A stretch of 64,000 bases of DNA from Eledone cirrhosa. Its lineage: Eukaryota. Below are positions 39,982 to 54,450 of the stretch, piece by piece; position 1 is the stretch's first letter, and every line of letters starts with the position of its first letter. Location of the stretch: the NCBI GenBank assembly GCA_964016885.1, contig OZ024741.1, positions 222,394,001 to 222,458,000 on the forward strand, given 5' to 3'. Below the pieces are notes generated by a model that saw nothing but the letters and a program-made list of their open reading frames with translations, was not told the origin of the DNA and ran no database searches. Made by a program: the position numbers and the translations under genes.

Positions 39982-41379
39982 AGAGAGAGAGAGAGACAAA
40001 GAAACAAAGAGAGGGAGAAACAGAGAGAGAGATGAGCAGAGATTGACTCCAGTACTTGACTGGTACTTTATTTATCAACTATTTAATGATGAAAGGCAAA
40101 GTCGACCCCAATGAAATTTGAACACAGAATGCAGACAACCTGAACAAAACTGCAATCTATTCTGTTTGAAGCCCTAGCAATCCCTGCTAATTTGTCACTA
40201 CCTCATGAAACAGCATTAATGAAACATTCTTGAAAAGTATGAAACACTGCCATGTCTGCAATCACATTAAAATGTGAAGTCTTTACTCTAATCACAGATT
40301 AGATAAAAGATATGTCCAATAGTAAATATACTATAGACATTTCAATTAAGAAACCCATTATTAAATCTTTCTTTCTTTTAGATCTGTAATTCCTGGTGGA
40401 ATCGTAGGGGTGCTTCAGTGACATATTTGGACATTTTAAACCTGACAGAGCCCATCCCCTCTCCAGGTTTGAACACAGCTGATTTCTTCCAGAGAAGGAG
40501 AGAGAAGTAAGAAAGAGGTGTACAGGAAGAATCAACTCCCATAGAGGGCTGGTACTTTGTTTTATTTACCTTGAAGCATGGAACAAACTACCTGCATCTG
40601 TTGCTAGCTATCGGCACACTGCATCCTTCAAAACTTCCATGCTTCCCAAAATTTGCCAACATTACACCTGATATTCCCCCTCCATACACATGCACACATG
40701 TATCTCTGTGTATATCATGACTCATACACTGTTAACTTTCCTGACATTTGTACATTATTCTATGTACTATACATGCACCTTTGATGAATTGTACTGCATC
40801 TGACCACTCATCATCATCATCATCACCGTTTTACGTCCGTTCTTCCACGCTAGCATGGGTTAGACGGGTTGTCCTGTTGTGAGCAGTGTCCAGTCGGCTG
40901 ACCTTGTCTTGCTCATACAGGAACTGATTTTGGCTTGATTTCTACAGCTGGATGCCCTTCCTAACATCAACCTCATTTACAGTGAATGCTGGGTGCTTTT
41001 TTTCCGTGGCGCCTACATGTCCACTTTACAGTGGAATGATAGGGACCTCTGTCCTATCATCTCATTTCTACAGCTGAGTAAACTGGAGCAATGTGAAATA
41101 AAGTGTCTTGCTCAAGGAAACAACACATCACCCGGTCTGAGAATTGAACTCACAACCTTTCGATTGCAAGCCCAATGCTCTAACCACTGAGCCATGTGCC
41201 TTCACTGTATACAACAATTTTTATTATCATTGTTATTTGAAAGGATGAATGACAAAGAAAAAAAATAATGACATATTTGGTGAAGCAAAGGGGTGAACAA
41301 GAAGGCTGGTGGTTTAGCTAGTCATTATCTAACTTAGTGTAGAATAAAAATTCAAAAAATTTGTTTGAATATTGACATA

Positions 41380-41541
41380 CTGTATTTCCCTGCGCCGAAG
41401 ATGCCTTGTCCTCGAGGACACACCCTAATTTTGACAACCAAAAATAAAATAATAAACAACTTCCAGCCTCCAGGACGCATGGTAGATGTTTGAAACTTAT
41501 TTTAGGAGAAAAAGTAGCGTCTTTGGCACCAGGAAATATGG
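41380..41541. mobile_element. Tc1/pogo-type MITE
   Basis: TA|CTGTATTTCC..GCCGAAGATGC and GCGTCTTTGGC..GGAAATATGG|TA. Confidence 0.7.
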
Positions 41542-41774
41542 TATATATATAGAACAGTTAAATGTTCACTCAGTGGTATTTGAACTCAGGCCACATAGAG
41601 CAGAATATATACCCCAAAACATTCTTTCCAGCATTCTAATGAATCTGCCAACATATCTTTTGCTGAAAGAGTTCAATATAATCTATACTGTCAACTAAAT
41701 ACAGAACATTTGATTTAAAATAAAATCTGCAAGTTATTCAAAGATGCCATCTATATGAGAAACAATAAGAAATG

Positions 41775-42190
41775 AGCTAACAGGTGCTAGTGGAGGTCTC
41801 TATATGACTGCTCACCCATTAGAAATAGCAGCCAGATCTCCTTTAACACAATACAGTCTTAAATAAGGAATGGATACATGAGCGAACAGGTGTGTGCAGT
41901 AGGCAGAGGGGGGGGGGAGTGATCTACAGGGCTACTCACATATTAGAAATAGCAGCTAAATCCCCCTTAAATAACATTTTACAGTCTTAATGAAGGTATG
42001 GATACATGAGCAGACAGGTGTATGTAGTAGGTAGAGAGGGGCGTTCTACATAGCTACTCACTTGCTAGAAATAGCTACTAAATCTCCCTTAAATAACATT
42101 GTACGGTCTTGAATAAGGAATGGACATATTAAATAATATAATCCTACATATCCATCAAAAATGGTCAGGGCTATAATGCTTTTGATAATA
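41775..42190. repeat. About 120-bp triple tandem repeat of a dispersed element
   Basis: TAGAAATAGC...TCTCC...CAGTCTT...ATGGA at ~41820, 41945, 42066; related single copies at ~26400 and ~51310. Confidence 0.7.
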
Positions 42191-42649
42191 GAATAAATAT
42201 GGTTAACCATTTATTTTACACTATAGTACATAACATAAAGTTCTTTACTTGATCTTTTGTGTTCAGTGGTATGTTGTGAAAAAATGCAGGAGTAAGCAAA
42301 CAGAATGTAACATATTTGAAAGTTAATAGCCTCACACTGTCATACCATTTCTTTCAAAACAAAATCTAACAGATTTGAAAAACGTTTATATGATTATTGA
42401 ATTACTATATTATTCCAAAATATTAATGTCATTATTGAAATACTATGATAACTTGTCTAGTAGTCGACAACATTGTGAAAGAGGAAAAAAGGAAAAAAAT
42501 GTTAGATAATTAGATAAATAATAATTTTTATGAGGTAAGCAATGCTTAGTGTGATTCTCAGGAATACACAGCACTGATAATATCTGTTAATCCTTTCATT
42601 ACTTACTATATTTCTAATGAAAGATACTGTCTATACAGTGGAAACTTCT

Positions 42650-42925
42650 GGTTTCCTTAGTCATAGGGCCACCAACCTACTCACTACCACAGACGCTGAG
42701 CTGGCTAGCCGCAGGTGTGAGACTCGTAAGATGGAATGGCTCTTCCAGCGCATCTCCCTTACCATCCTCCGGGGAAATGCCTTCTCTGTCCTGTCCGCCA
42801 GGGCCATGGGGTGGCCAGTGGATGGGACCCAAATTGCTCATGGGGAGGGTGAGAGAAGCAGGGGCGATGACAGTGGGAGTTTGGTTCCTCTGTGTTCAGA
42901 CCTGGTGTACATGTGTGTGTAATTT
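42650..42925 (+). mobile_element. CRE-like retrotransposon 3' end
   Basis: EWLFQRISLTILRGNAFSVL, the C-terminal motif of CRE-type restriction-like endonucleases. Confidence 0.7.
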
Positions 42926-43114
42926 TACACTATCGACCCTTTCATTTCCTCTTTTCTTGAGCAGGTGCCATAACAAAAAATAACCAAATTCACACTGTAC
43001 AGTGGCAGTGCTGTTGCCATGATAAAAAGCACTCAGTCCATCATGTATGGTGGTAGTGTCAGAGTCATGATGAAATACTTCCAGTATATGCTGAAAAGAG
43101 GTTAGCATAAGTCA

Positions 43115-43790
43115 AGCCAATTTCAAAGCACATATCTAAAGTTGTCAAGAAGGCCGAGGGTGTCTTAGCATCACTCAGTAAGACTTTTGTTAGCCACTCT
43201 CCAGCTATCTATTTAAAGCTGTATATAGCTATGGTGCATCCACACTTAGAATTTGTATCACCAGTCTGGAACCTCTATCTTGCTCAGAATATTGATCTAC
43301 TGGAAACTGTTCAGAGACGTGCAACCAAACGAATACCCTCCATCAGGCATCTACCATACTCTGAACGCCTTGATTCCCTGGGCATGGATACATTAAAGCT
43401 CCGGTGTCTGGCAACTTACTTTGGTAGACACCCACAAAATTATTAACCATCTTTCTGACAACAACCCTGAGTACCATTTTGAACTCCATGTGTCTAACAC
43501 CCATGGACATGCTTACAAAATCAGAAAACAGTACAGCTCCCATGATTTTCCCATTTTTTCACACTCTGAAGCATGGAACAAACTAGCTGCATCAGTTGTT
43601 AGCTGTCAGGACACTGAATCCTTCAAAACTTCCATGCTTCCTGAAATTCGCCAACATGGCACCTGATATCATGACACTATTCATGACTGATATCATGTAC
43701 ATTATTCTATGTACTATACGTGCACCTTTAATGAGTTATAGTGCACCTGAGCAGTATACACAATAATTTTCATTATTTTCATTATTATTA
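43115..43790 (+). mobile_element. CR1-clade LINE 3' end
   Basis: LYIAMVHPHLEFVSPVWN...LETVQRRATKRIP...YSERL; shorter copy at 40572-40808. Confidence 0.85.
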
Positions 43791-45666
43791 CATTGTCACC
43801 TCTGACCAATCTAGCCTAAGTATGTGACAACTTGTCTTATCCATGTCATTGATGATGATAAAGACTTAGAACCGTGGGTAGTTTCAGACAGTTTTGTATG
43901 AAATGAGTTAATGGGGGGGGGGGGGGGGAGAATACCACTGACACAAAGGGAGAGATTGGAAACTATGATGTACATCATTTTATATGGTTGCTAATGGAAT
44001 AAGGGAAGTAGTTGAGACCAAGATTTGAAATCTTGCAGACTTTGTTGGAAGCTTAGCATACATACATATATGATGGCTGAAAACTTGATTTCGAGTAATG
44101 CCAACTGATTCTGGCTTGATTTCTACAGCTGGATGCCCTTCCTAACACCAACCTCATTTACAGTGAGTGCTGGGTGCTTTTTTGCCATGGCACCTCCACG
44201 ACCACTTTGCAGTGGAATGATGGGGACCCCAGTCCCTATCATCTCATTTCTACAGCTGAGTAAACTGGAGCAATGTGAAATAAAGTGTCTTGCTCAAGGA
44301 AACAACACATCACCCGGTCTGAGAATTGAACTCACAACCTTTCGATTGCAAGGCCAATGCTCTAACCACTAAGCCATGTGCCATGTGCCTATGCATCACA
44401 AAAAATGTCACATATCAAGCGATGCCTGTACTAAGTTTTTTTAAGTGAGGAAAGGCTTTGCATGGGGCCAATCCCACTTTCTGAACATTGAATGAATTTG
44501 CCCAAAAAGAAGAACTGGTCTACATCATTAGATGCAAATGTATTCGCAGGTTTTACATCAGAGTGGCCTTCTTCTAGAGAGATGCCTTAATGAAGACTAG
44601 GAGTCACTCCTGAGTTCTTCCACCCTTTGTCGGGTTTTGTTTTTCATCCTGCAAGGTCTCCAAAATCACCTTCCTCACCAAGTTAACAAACTTGCTGGGG
44701 TTGCCATTAAAGTTGCCGTCAACTTGACCATGCACAGGTTGTAATGGGTTACTTGTTACCATTAGCGCTGAAGAGCAACCTGACATACATACATGCATAC
44801 ATTTATACATATATACATCACCTCTAACACAAACACACATACATCATCTCATATACACACACACTGTTTTAGTACCAGTAATACGTCACTGTATGAAACC
44901 CTTTTCTCTTCATAGTACAGAGGTTCGCAACTTTTTTCACTTCCAATGACCTGTTTATTTCAATGAATTGTGCCACAAGCTTAAGGCTATTGCAATATCT
45001 GTATACTCAGCCAGATGATGACCCCCTTTGCAGATCCTCGGGAAGTCTGCTACGAATTGGTGTTATAGTACATGTGTGATTGACATGGGGGGATAAATTA
45101 ACCCATTTGACATCAACCAACCCAACAGCCAACATCAGTTCTATGATGACACAATTCTTGTCTTAAATATTCTTATTTAAATAAAAAAATAATTGGAATA
45201 ATTATGGAAGAATATCTTTGTTAAGCTATCTACTAAACACTAGCTTATTAATGTGATTAGTTACTTTACTAAATCCTTTCAAATTGTTGATTATTTACAA
45301 AATTAATTGAAAAACCTTAGTGGTGTATTTCATCAAACATATTGTTATGAAAGGGTTCAAGTCTTCCCACTTCTTGTCCAACTGGGAGACCTATAAACTA
45401 AAGACTGTTTGAAAACAGCTTTATTCTTTTGATACCAAACTGCATGAAACCAGTCCTGGTTCTAAAATACAAAACCATTTATCTAAAAACCTTTCTTAAG
45501 TTATATCCCAAACAGCAGCTTCATTTTGAGAAAGTTTGTTATATTACAAAATCTTTTAAAATTCTTGATTATTTTCAAAATCATTTGAAAATCCAAGCGA
45601 ACATCCTTTCATTAGAAATATGGTAATGAAAGGGTTAAAAACAGACACACACACACACACACACAC

Positions 45667-45923
45667 ACACAAATTCAGTTTATAAATTACTTAACTATTT
45701 GGGGGAGGATGGGTACCTTAAAATATGAGATATGGAGGTAATTAGTTGCTTCTTTAACTTCCCTTTTTTTCTTTTTAGACAAGCTCCTGTTACCAGTACT
45801 TTTTATAAACCAGAGGTATCATGTTTGAATGTAGATTGTTTGGGGTTGTTCTAGCATACTAAAACATAGATTAATTAATTTACATGAAAAATCCTTATCT
45901 TTTTGACTGTTGTTATTGTTGTT
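45667..45923. repeat. Left arm of a ~255-bp inverted duplication (partner 53688-53941)
   Basis: High-identity reverse-complement match of otherwise non-repetitive sequence. Confidence 0.9.
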
Positions 45924-46224
45924 ATTGGTGTTGTTGTTGATGTTGTTAGTAGTGGTGATGTTGTTGATTCTGTTGCCTTGGCTCTTCCTGTTAGTGTTGC
46001 TGTTGTTGTCGTTGGAGTGGCCATTGGTGTTGCTGTTGGTATTGGTGTGGTTGCTGTTATTGGTTTTAGTGTTAATGATGATGTTGGTGTTGTAGTTGAT
46101 GATGTTGTTGGAGTTGTTATTGTTGTTGTTGCTATTTGTATTGTTTTTGTTGCCATAGTTGTTGCTATTAACATCATTGATATTGGTATTGGTGCTGTTG
46201 TTGCTGTTGGTGTTATTGTTATTG

Positions 46225-46521
46225 ATGTTGTTGCTGTTGGTATTAGTATTTGTGTAACTGTTAGTGTTGTTACTGTTATTGGTGTTGTTGCTGTTGGTAT
46301 TAGTATTTGTGTAACTGTTAGTGTTGTTATTGTTATTGATGTTGTTGCTGTTGGTATTAGTATTTGTGTAACTGTTAGTGTTGTTACTGTTATTGATGTT
46401 GTTGCTGTTGGTATTAGTATTTGTGTAACTGTTAGTGTTGTTACTGTTATTGGTGTTGTTGCTGTTGGTATTAGTATTTGTGTAACTGTTAGTGTTGTTA
46501 CTGTTATTGGTGTTGTTGCTG
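46225..46521. repeat. 57-bp tandem repeat, about 5 copies, within a (GTT)-rich tract
   Basis: Direct; period 57. Confidence 0.9.
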
Positions 46522-47506
46522 TTTTTATTGTTAATGTTTCTATTTTGTTTGTTTGGTATTAGTTGTTGATTTTAACAGTTAGTATGGCTGTACCCAACAG
46601 AACATAGAACTAACCTGAGTCATTGATGCCAGGTGTTGGCAAATACCCAAACTAGTGAGTTGATTTGTGGAAGGGGCTTCATTCTAGTATAAGAAGGCTA
46701 ACTTTTAACTTTGTTTTGTATTTAAATATCTATATATATATATAAGTATATGCATGTACAAATATATATGCATTTATATATGTATACATATATATATGTT
46801 TGTGTGTGTGCACATATATATAAATATACACACACACATATACATAGATACATGCATATATATATATATATCATCAGCATCATTTCAATTTTATGTTCTA
46901 TTTTCCATATCATCATTTCATTTCATTTTACATCCGCTATTTCCCTGCTTGCAAGGGTGGGACGGGAACTGATCCTGGCTTGATTTCTACAGCTGGATGC
47001 CCTTCCTAACACCAACCTCATTTACAGTGCTGGGTGCTTTTTTTGCCGTGGCACCTCCACGACCACTTTGCAGTGGAATGATAGGGACCCCAGTCCTATC
47101 ATCTCATTTCTACAGCTGAGTAAACTGGAGCAATGTGAAATAAAGTGTCTTGCTCAAGGAAACAACACATCACCTGGTCTGAGAATTGAATTCACAACTT
47201 TTCGATTGCAAGGCCAATGATCTATCCACTAAGCCATGTGCCTCCATATATATACATATATGGAAAATATATATATATATAGATATATATGGAAAATAGG
47301 AAGTATTGTACACTTCAGCTGCTGGCACACTTCTTTATATATATATATATATATATATAGGAACGAGTAGGACCCTGACGGCTGAGCTCAAGCCGTTTCG
47401 ACGGCTAATTCTGGACTAAATCGTTCCTATTACCCACTCTACTACCCTAAATATTGAGTACTTTGGTGCGTTATGGTCCACCTGGTTCCTTACCACATTT
47501 CCTTCG

Positions 47507-47657
<151 letters not shown>

Positions 47658-47700
47658 ATGTATGTATATATATGTATGTATATTATATATATATATATAT

Positions 47701-47943
47701 ATAAAATATTAAAAAAATAATGAATAAAACAATGAAACAGTTCCTTATATATATATATATATATATAAGGAACTGTTTCATTGTTTTATTCATTATTTTT
47801 TTAATATTTTATCTTGACTCTGTATTCCGTTTATCTTTCACCGAAAGTGATTTTTCATTACATCTCTTCTTTCCATGATATCCGGATTACATTGAGTTCT
47901 TCATACGGATTGGACACTACCGTAAACTCTTGGTAGATTTATC

Positions 47944-47948
<5 letters not shown>
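47701..47948 (+). mobile_element. Palindrome centred on (TA)n plus family-Y terminus
   Basis: Arms mirror around 47745-47767; the last ~48 bp are identical to the reverse complement of 15683-15730. Confidence 0.7.
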
Positions 47949-48001
<53 letters not shown>

Positions 48002-48012
48002 GAGAGAGAGAA

Positions 48013-48400
48013 TGTAGAAAAGGCAAAGTTGTAGATGTTAAAGTGTTCTTTATTAATAAAGCTGTGATACATATTTCCATGACAAAGAAGCTCACAAGGG
48101 AACGGACAACCCCCAACAAAAACTTTTTTGTCCGTTCCCTTGCACCTTGGATTGACTCAGAAACATAATATTTTTACTTAATGTTGCTGTCTGATGAGCT
48201 CACAGGAATGGTTACATAATCAAGTGACCATGATTGTCATTGAAATATGTATCACAGCTTTATTAATAAAGGACTCTTTAACATCTACAACTTCACATTT
48301 TCCTCATTCTAATTATACTCCGTTATTCTTATTTTGAAGAAGTAACATGAGGTTGAGTGCTTGAATTGAATTGCATCAATGTTTACCGTTAGTATACTAC
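48013..48400 (+). mobile_element. Inverted-pLTR Penelope-like mini-element
   Basis: Arms ~48023-48085 and 48234-48292; hammerhead; AATAAA; TTATACTC..GAGTGC. Confidence 0.7.
48186..48258 (+). ncRNA. Type-I hammerhead ribozyme
   Basis: Stem I GCUGU/ACAGC; CUGAUGA 48191-48197; long stem II (AUGGUUAC/GUGACCAU); GAAA 48242-48245; stem III AUA-UG-UAU; AUC triplet. Confidence 0.75.
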
Positions 48401-48407
48401 TTTGATG

Positions 48408-49000
48408 CTAAACTTCGCCAGTTTCAGACTGTGCATCAACATGAGATATTTTTCTCCACAATGTTCGATCATCAGCAGCAGAGTTTAAAGAGCAAAGATC
48501 AAGTCCAGTCCATAGGTTGAGATTATCAAGCCTTCGTTTTGGCTGCCGCCCTCTGCTTCTCTTACCAGCCAACCTTCCCTCCAGACATAACCTACTCACA
48601 CTCGTATAGTTTGAGTACTCTTGACTTGACACTTGATGTAATTGGTCTAAGTCTGGTAATGCTGAGCAGCCTCACTGATACAGATACGGTCACTGAGCCG
48701 CTTGCTAGTCATAAGTCTCAATGATGTGGTTCTGGAATGTAGAGAGCTCCTGAAGTGACCTTGTCATCCAATTAACACAGTCAAGACCATATAACACAAC
48801 TGGTAGGATGTAAGTATCAAAGATCGTAGCCAACAAATGATAGGAAAACTCGTTTTGATGTTAGTACTTCCTTGTTCTTGTTGAAAGCTGCCCAACCTAG
48901 AGTGATGCAATACTGCGCAGCAACCATTCCATTGTTGTTTCATGATCATTTGAGACAGAGATATACAAACTCTGTAACTTGAGCAATTTGCTGGTTGTAG
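48408..49000 (-). mobile_element. RTE 3' fragment
   Basis: QVTEFVYL, ITLGWAAFNKNKEVL, LEGRLAGKRSRGRQPKR, AADDRTLWR. Confidence 0.8.
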
Positions 49001-49123
49001 ATTGTGTGTGTGCGTGTGTGTATATATATATATACACCTACATAGATACATGTATATATACATATGCACATATATCATCATCATCATTTTAATTTCATGT
49101 CCAATTTTCCATACACTCTCACG

Positions 49124-49165
<42 letters not shown>

Positions 49166-49367
49166 AAGAAGTGCGCTAGTAGCCGAAGTGTACGATAAAG
49201 TTATATCTGTATACATACAGAGTGTGTAACTGAGACTACACCGATGTGTATAAATATATACATATATTTAATATGTAGACATGTAAACATGCCAGAAAAT
49301 ATGAATTTCCCTGTAAATTGAAAACATGATAAACACCTTTAATTGATTTACAGACCTAATTGGGTTT

Positions 49368-49412
49368 GCCTTCTGACGAGAGCCCAATTAGGTAAGAAAA
49401 TCAATTAAAGGT
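49368..49412 (+). ncRNA. Type-I hammerhead ribozyme
   Basis: GCCUU-CUGACGA-GAGCCCAAUUAGGUAA-GAAA-AU-CA-AUU-A/AAGGU; stem I GCCUU/AAGGU; weak stem II. Confidence 0.65.
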
Positions 49413-49479
49413 GTTTATCATGTTTTCAATTTACAGGGAAATTCATATTTTCTGGCATGTTTAAATATCTACATATTAA

Positions 49480-49706
49480 CCTGTTGACTGCTGCATATAT
49501 TTTACACAGCTATAGTTGCTGAGCTGTTTTTTTTTCTCAGTAAAATGACTATTTTTAAACAAACATTTATTAACAACACATATTTGAATGATTGACAAAC
49601 ATCACATCAATAAACTAGTAACCCCATCTAGCTTTGAAGTTATGAACTGTTGGAAAAGAGTTCAAACATGTTAGGATGAGTTATCTTATCTACGGCACTG
49701 AAGAGG
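49480..49706. mobile_element. piggyBac-type MITE3
   Basis: TTAA|CCTGTTGACTGCTG ... CGGCACTGAAGAGG|TTAA; the mirrored left arm shows the empty single TTAA. Confidence 0.8.
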
Positions 49707-50295
49707 TTAAATATGTATATTTATATACACATTGGTGCAGTTTCAGTTACACACTCTGTATGTATAGAGATATAACTTGATATATATATATAGGAACAGA
49801 GTCAGGACCCTTTTCCTATTACCCACTCTACTACCCTAACTTTTTTACCACACTTTCTTTGTTATATATATATATATACATATATACACACACTTGCATA
49901 CACATGTACATTTTCCTCATTTATTTATTTATATATTTTTATTCTCTTCCCAATTTAAAAACACCCTTTTTTTTCTATTTTAGTTTTATTATTTTAATAC
50001 TGGATTGGCAGTATCAGTAGAGGGTCGGACACCATGTTTTCCAGCATAGTTATGTCCCTTTATGTTCTGAGTTCAAATCCCACCGAGGTTAACTTTGCCT
50101 TTCATCCTTATGGGTTTGATAAAATAAAGTACCAGTAATGCACTGGTATAATTGCTGGCCTTGTGCCAAAAGTAGAAACAATTATTTTGATACTTTTTTT
50201 TAATAAAAATTCTTTTTTTTAGGGGAAAGAAATTCTTCATTTCTCATTTTTTTTTTACATTTAGTATTTATTTTATTTCTTAAATATTATATATA

Positions 50296-50690
50296 TCTTT
50301 ATATATATATAAAAGCGAGGAAGTGTGTGTGTCTGTGTACAACTTTGGATACATAAGGCTTTTACAATTACCAATCGAATTTGATCAAATTTTCTGTGCA
50401 CGTTGCACAGGTCGCTAAGATTGTCACATCACAATTTTTCCAATCGACCCACGTTGAGCAATAAAAAATCGATATCAAAATTATCGGTAGCAAAATTGAT
50501 GTAATGAAGATAACCAACTTTATTGACAATCCTTATAAAAAAAAGGGAGATAACCAACTTTATTGACAATCCTTATAAAGAGACTGCTTATTTTGACAGG
50601 TTGGGGACAAATAATGTTCATCTTTTACTTCCTAGCTGTATATTCTTAGCATAATTTTAAACCCCGAGCAACGCCGAGTATATCTGCTAG
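50296..50690 (+). mobile_element. Non-autonomous Helitron
   Basis: A|TCTTTATATATATATAAAAG start; CCCGAGCAACGCCGAG hairpin; CTAG|T end. Confidence 0.85.
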
Positions 50691-53084
50691 TGTTATATAT
50701 GTTTAACATATTTCAAATGTTTATTTTATCTTTTATACGTTTATTACTTTATTTATTTATTTTCTTTGTTTTGTTTTCAAGGAAAGTGTTTTCATTATGA
50801 CATGATAATAGGGTGGTGGATTGGCAGAATTGTTAAAGCATCAGCCAGAATACTTTGAGGTAATTAGTTATGACTTTCTATTGCCTTCGTCCTTCTGGGG
50901 TCGATAAAATAAAGTGCCAGTCCAGTACTCGGTTTGATGTAATCAACTTTTCTTTCCCCCACAACATTTTGGCTTTGTGTCTATGTTAGAAACTATTGGG
51001 CTAGTAAAGGAATTACTATGACACAATAAGCTATAAATAACAGCAGTATTATAGAGCTGAGGTAGTTTCTACCTTATCCCTTTAACATTTACATCACTCT
51101 ATATTTACTATTGTATTTTCGCGTTAAAGGCTTTATCTTACATAATTACCTCACATAATTATCTCACATAATATTGAATCTATGAGATTTTGATATAATT
51201 TATTTTGAGAACAATACATTAATGCCAGTAGGGTGGCAGGTTATGGCCGGTTTGAGAGGTGAGAGAATTCTGGCCGGATATGGCTGGTTTAAATGCTAAA
51301 GGGTTCACTTGACATTTTAGAGATAGCACACCTTATCATCTTAGAAAAGAACATATAGGATAATGAGTATCTGGGTCCCTTGCACAATAAAAAGAAAACT
51401 GGATCTTTATGGCTGGAATACCTTTGGTCATGTGTCAAAAGAGCCTTTGATTAGAGCTAACCTGTGGCTAAATAAAAACAACTCAATCTAAATTTATATC
51501 AGAATTGAAATATATATCTGTAATGATTCTTTCTAACAATGGCACTAGGCCAGCAATTTGGGGGAAGGAGTCAGTTGATTATATCAACCCCTTTACTTAA
51601 TTGGTACTTTATTCTATCAGTCCCAGAAGGATGAAAGGCAAAGCTGACTGGGTGGGATTTAAACACAGAACATAAAGGGACATAACTAAATGCTACTAAG
51701 CATTTTATCTGACATTAAAATGATTCTGCCAATCCACCACCCTTAGTATATATCTTTAATAATTGTTTCTACTTTTGGCACAAGGCCAGCAATTACCCAG
51801 TGCATTACTGGTACTTCATTTTATCGACCCCGTAAGGATGAAAGGCAAAGTTAACCTCGGCGGGATTTGAACGCAGAATGGCAAGGGCCGTAACTCTATG
51901 CGCCAAAACATGGCATCCGACACTCTACCAATACTGCCAATAAATGTGAATCTTTGTGCATGTGTCCACATAGCTTTCTTATTTATAATCTCAGATACAT
52001 GGGGGTTTAGCCCAACAAATGGCCGAGTCTATAAGCCAGAAGGCCATGTGAACACATAGATACACACAGAAATACACACACAAACACATGCATGCACACA
52101 TATATAATGCACCCATGCTGACAACAATGAGGCCCAACAAATATCAGTATTGTGAAAAAACAATGTTGTCTCTGATCGAGACGAAGTGAGAGTGTATTTG
52201 AATACAAATAAAAACGAAAAAACTCATTGCTAGAACAGCTATTAAAACAGCTAAATTCTGTCAAAGACAGCAATGGGCAAAAATGCCTCAGAAGACAGAG
52301 ACCAGTGGCTAGTGGTCAACAGAGAGAGAATCCACAAGCAGATGAAATAAAATGTCTCAAAGGACAGAGACCAGTGGTCAACCGAGAGACAATCCACAAG
52401 GTGGGTGACAGGCAGATACTTAGGTGTAAAAACTAAATAAACCTGTTGTTATGAATTCATATTGTTCTCATATTACAAAAGAAGTATTGTCTTGTAATGT
52501 TGAGAAGCTCACTACACACTGACCTCCTAAAAGACAACAGAACATCAAGGATTTGATTTTAAAATTTGTTTATTCAAAAATTGGTATCTCATTGATGGTG
52601 CTGTCCTTGGCTGTTTCAATCAAGCCTCTACTTATGATTGTTTCATATCCCATCTTTGCTTAATCAAGTTGGGATCACCATTTTGTAAAGAATAAATGTT
52701 GTTCTATTAAATTAACTGTTGGTGTGAGTTTGTATCATTTGCACATCAAAAATGTAGTTTTCTCTTTTCATACATTTGTATTAGAATTGTTTCTACTTTA
52801 GGCACAAGACCAGCAATTACCCAGTACATTACTGGTACTTTATTTTATCGACCCCGTAAGGATGAAAGGCAAAGCCAACCTCGGCGGGATTTGAACTCAG
52901 ATCGTAAAAGGACGTAACTATGCTGGAAAGCATGGCGTCCGACCCTCTACCGATACTGCCAATCCACCAATGATACATATATCATACTATGGCACACATC
53001 AAACACACATTTACATTAGCAGGGGGGGGGGGGTGTTTCTACTAGTATCTCTCTATCTCTCTATCTGTGTGTGTAAGTATATAT

Positions 53085-53362
53085 TGTTGTGTATGGGAGA
53101 GGAGACTGAGTTGGTATGGACATGTGATGCACAAGGAGGATGACCGATGGGTGAAGAAGTGCCAAGAAATGCCAGTTGAAGGAAGACGTAGTAGTGGAAG
53201 ACCATGAAAAACATGGGCGGAGGTGGTGAGAGCAAACCTCAGATCGCTGAAGCTCACGGTGGAGATGATGAAGGACCTTGACGAATGGAGAGATGCTGTG
53301 CTGAATAGGACCCGTCCCACCCTTGCAAGCAGGGAAAAGTGGACGTAAAATGATGATGATGA
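53085..53362 (+). mobile_element. RTE 3' end
   Basis: RRLSWYGHVM...VEGRRSSGRP*KTWAEVV; (GAT)n tail. Confidence 0.85.
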
Positions 53363-53449
53363 TATATATTTATATATATATATATAGAGAGAGAGAGATT
53401 GTTTAATAGATAGATAGAAAGACAAACAGACAGATACACACACACACAG

Positions 53450-53514
<65 letters not shown>

Positions 53515-54450
53515 GTGGCATTAGCCATAACAACATCAACAATATCAACAAAGACAACTACAGCAAGAGCTACAACAACAGTACCAATAAAACACCAACA
53601 AACAACAACAAAACCACCACCACCACCACCATCATCTCTGCCAACACCAACAACATCACCACCACCAACAATAAAATCAACAACAACAACAATAACAACA
53701 GTCAAAAGGATAAGGATTTTTTTCATGTAAATTAATTAATCTATGTTTTAGTATGCTGGAACAACCCAAAACAATTTACATTCAAACATGATACCTCTAG
53801 TTTATAAAAAATACTGGTAACAGGAGCTTGTCTAAAAAGAAAAAGGGAGGTTAAAGAAGCAACTAACTACCTCCATATCTCATATTTTAAGGTACCCATC
53901 CTCCCCCAAATAGTTAAGTAATTTATAAACTGAATTTGTGTTTAGGTGAGTGTGTGTGTGTGTATGTATGTAGGTGTGGTTGTGTTATGTATTATTGTCT
54001 ATTTTTGACCCAAGTATTTTCAAACACAAATCTTTTCAGAACAAGCTATATATTAGTCACACTTGTACTACAACATGAGTTTCCAGCCTATGTATAAATC
54101 ATCATCATCATCATCATCACCAACATGATCATCACCACCATTTAAGCTCCACTTTTCCACGCTAGTATGGGTTAGATGAGTTGTCCCATTGTGAGACAAG
54201 CCAGGTCAGATGACCACATCTTACTCACACAGAACTGATCTGGGCTTGGTTTCTATGGCTGGATGCCCTTCCTAATGCCAACCACATTTAAAGTGTGTAC
54301 TGGGTGCTTTTTATCATGACACTTATACAACCACTTTACAGTGTGGGCTAAGGACTTTGGTGGAGGAGATATGTGGGGCTATATGTATATATATATGATA
54401 ATAATAATAATAATACAAGGATGATTTGAGCCTTTATTATGTTTATTATT

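Larger units (their letters stand above)
49164..49778. mobile_element. About 170-bp inverted-repeat hammerhead element, right arm split by a MITE
   Basis: Arms mirror around 49368-49380; a single-arm relative lies at 61722-61992. Confidence 0.8.

Noticed and set aside
45903-46562. 219-aa Val/Ile-rich membrane or mucin-like ORF
   Set aside because: A (GTT)-rich tract plus a 57-bp repeat; the opposite strand has stops in the repeat; no splice or start support.
52040-52780. hAT transposase remnant
   Set aside because: No convincing motif or termini; only a short internal duplication is visible.
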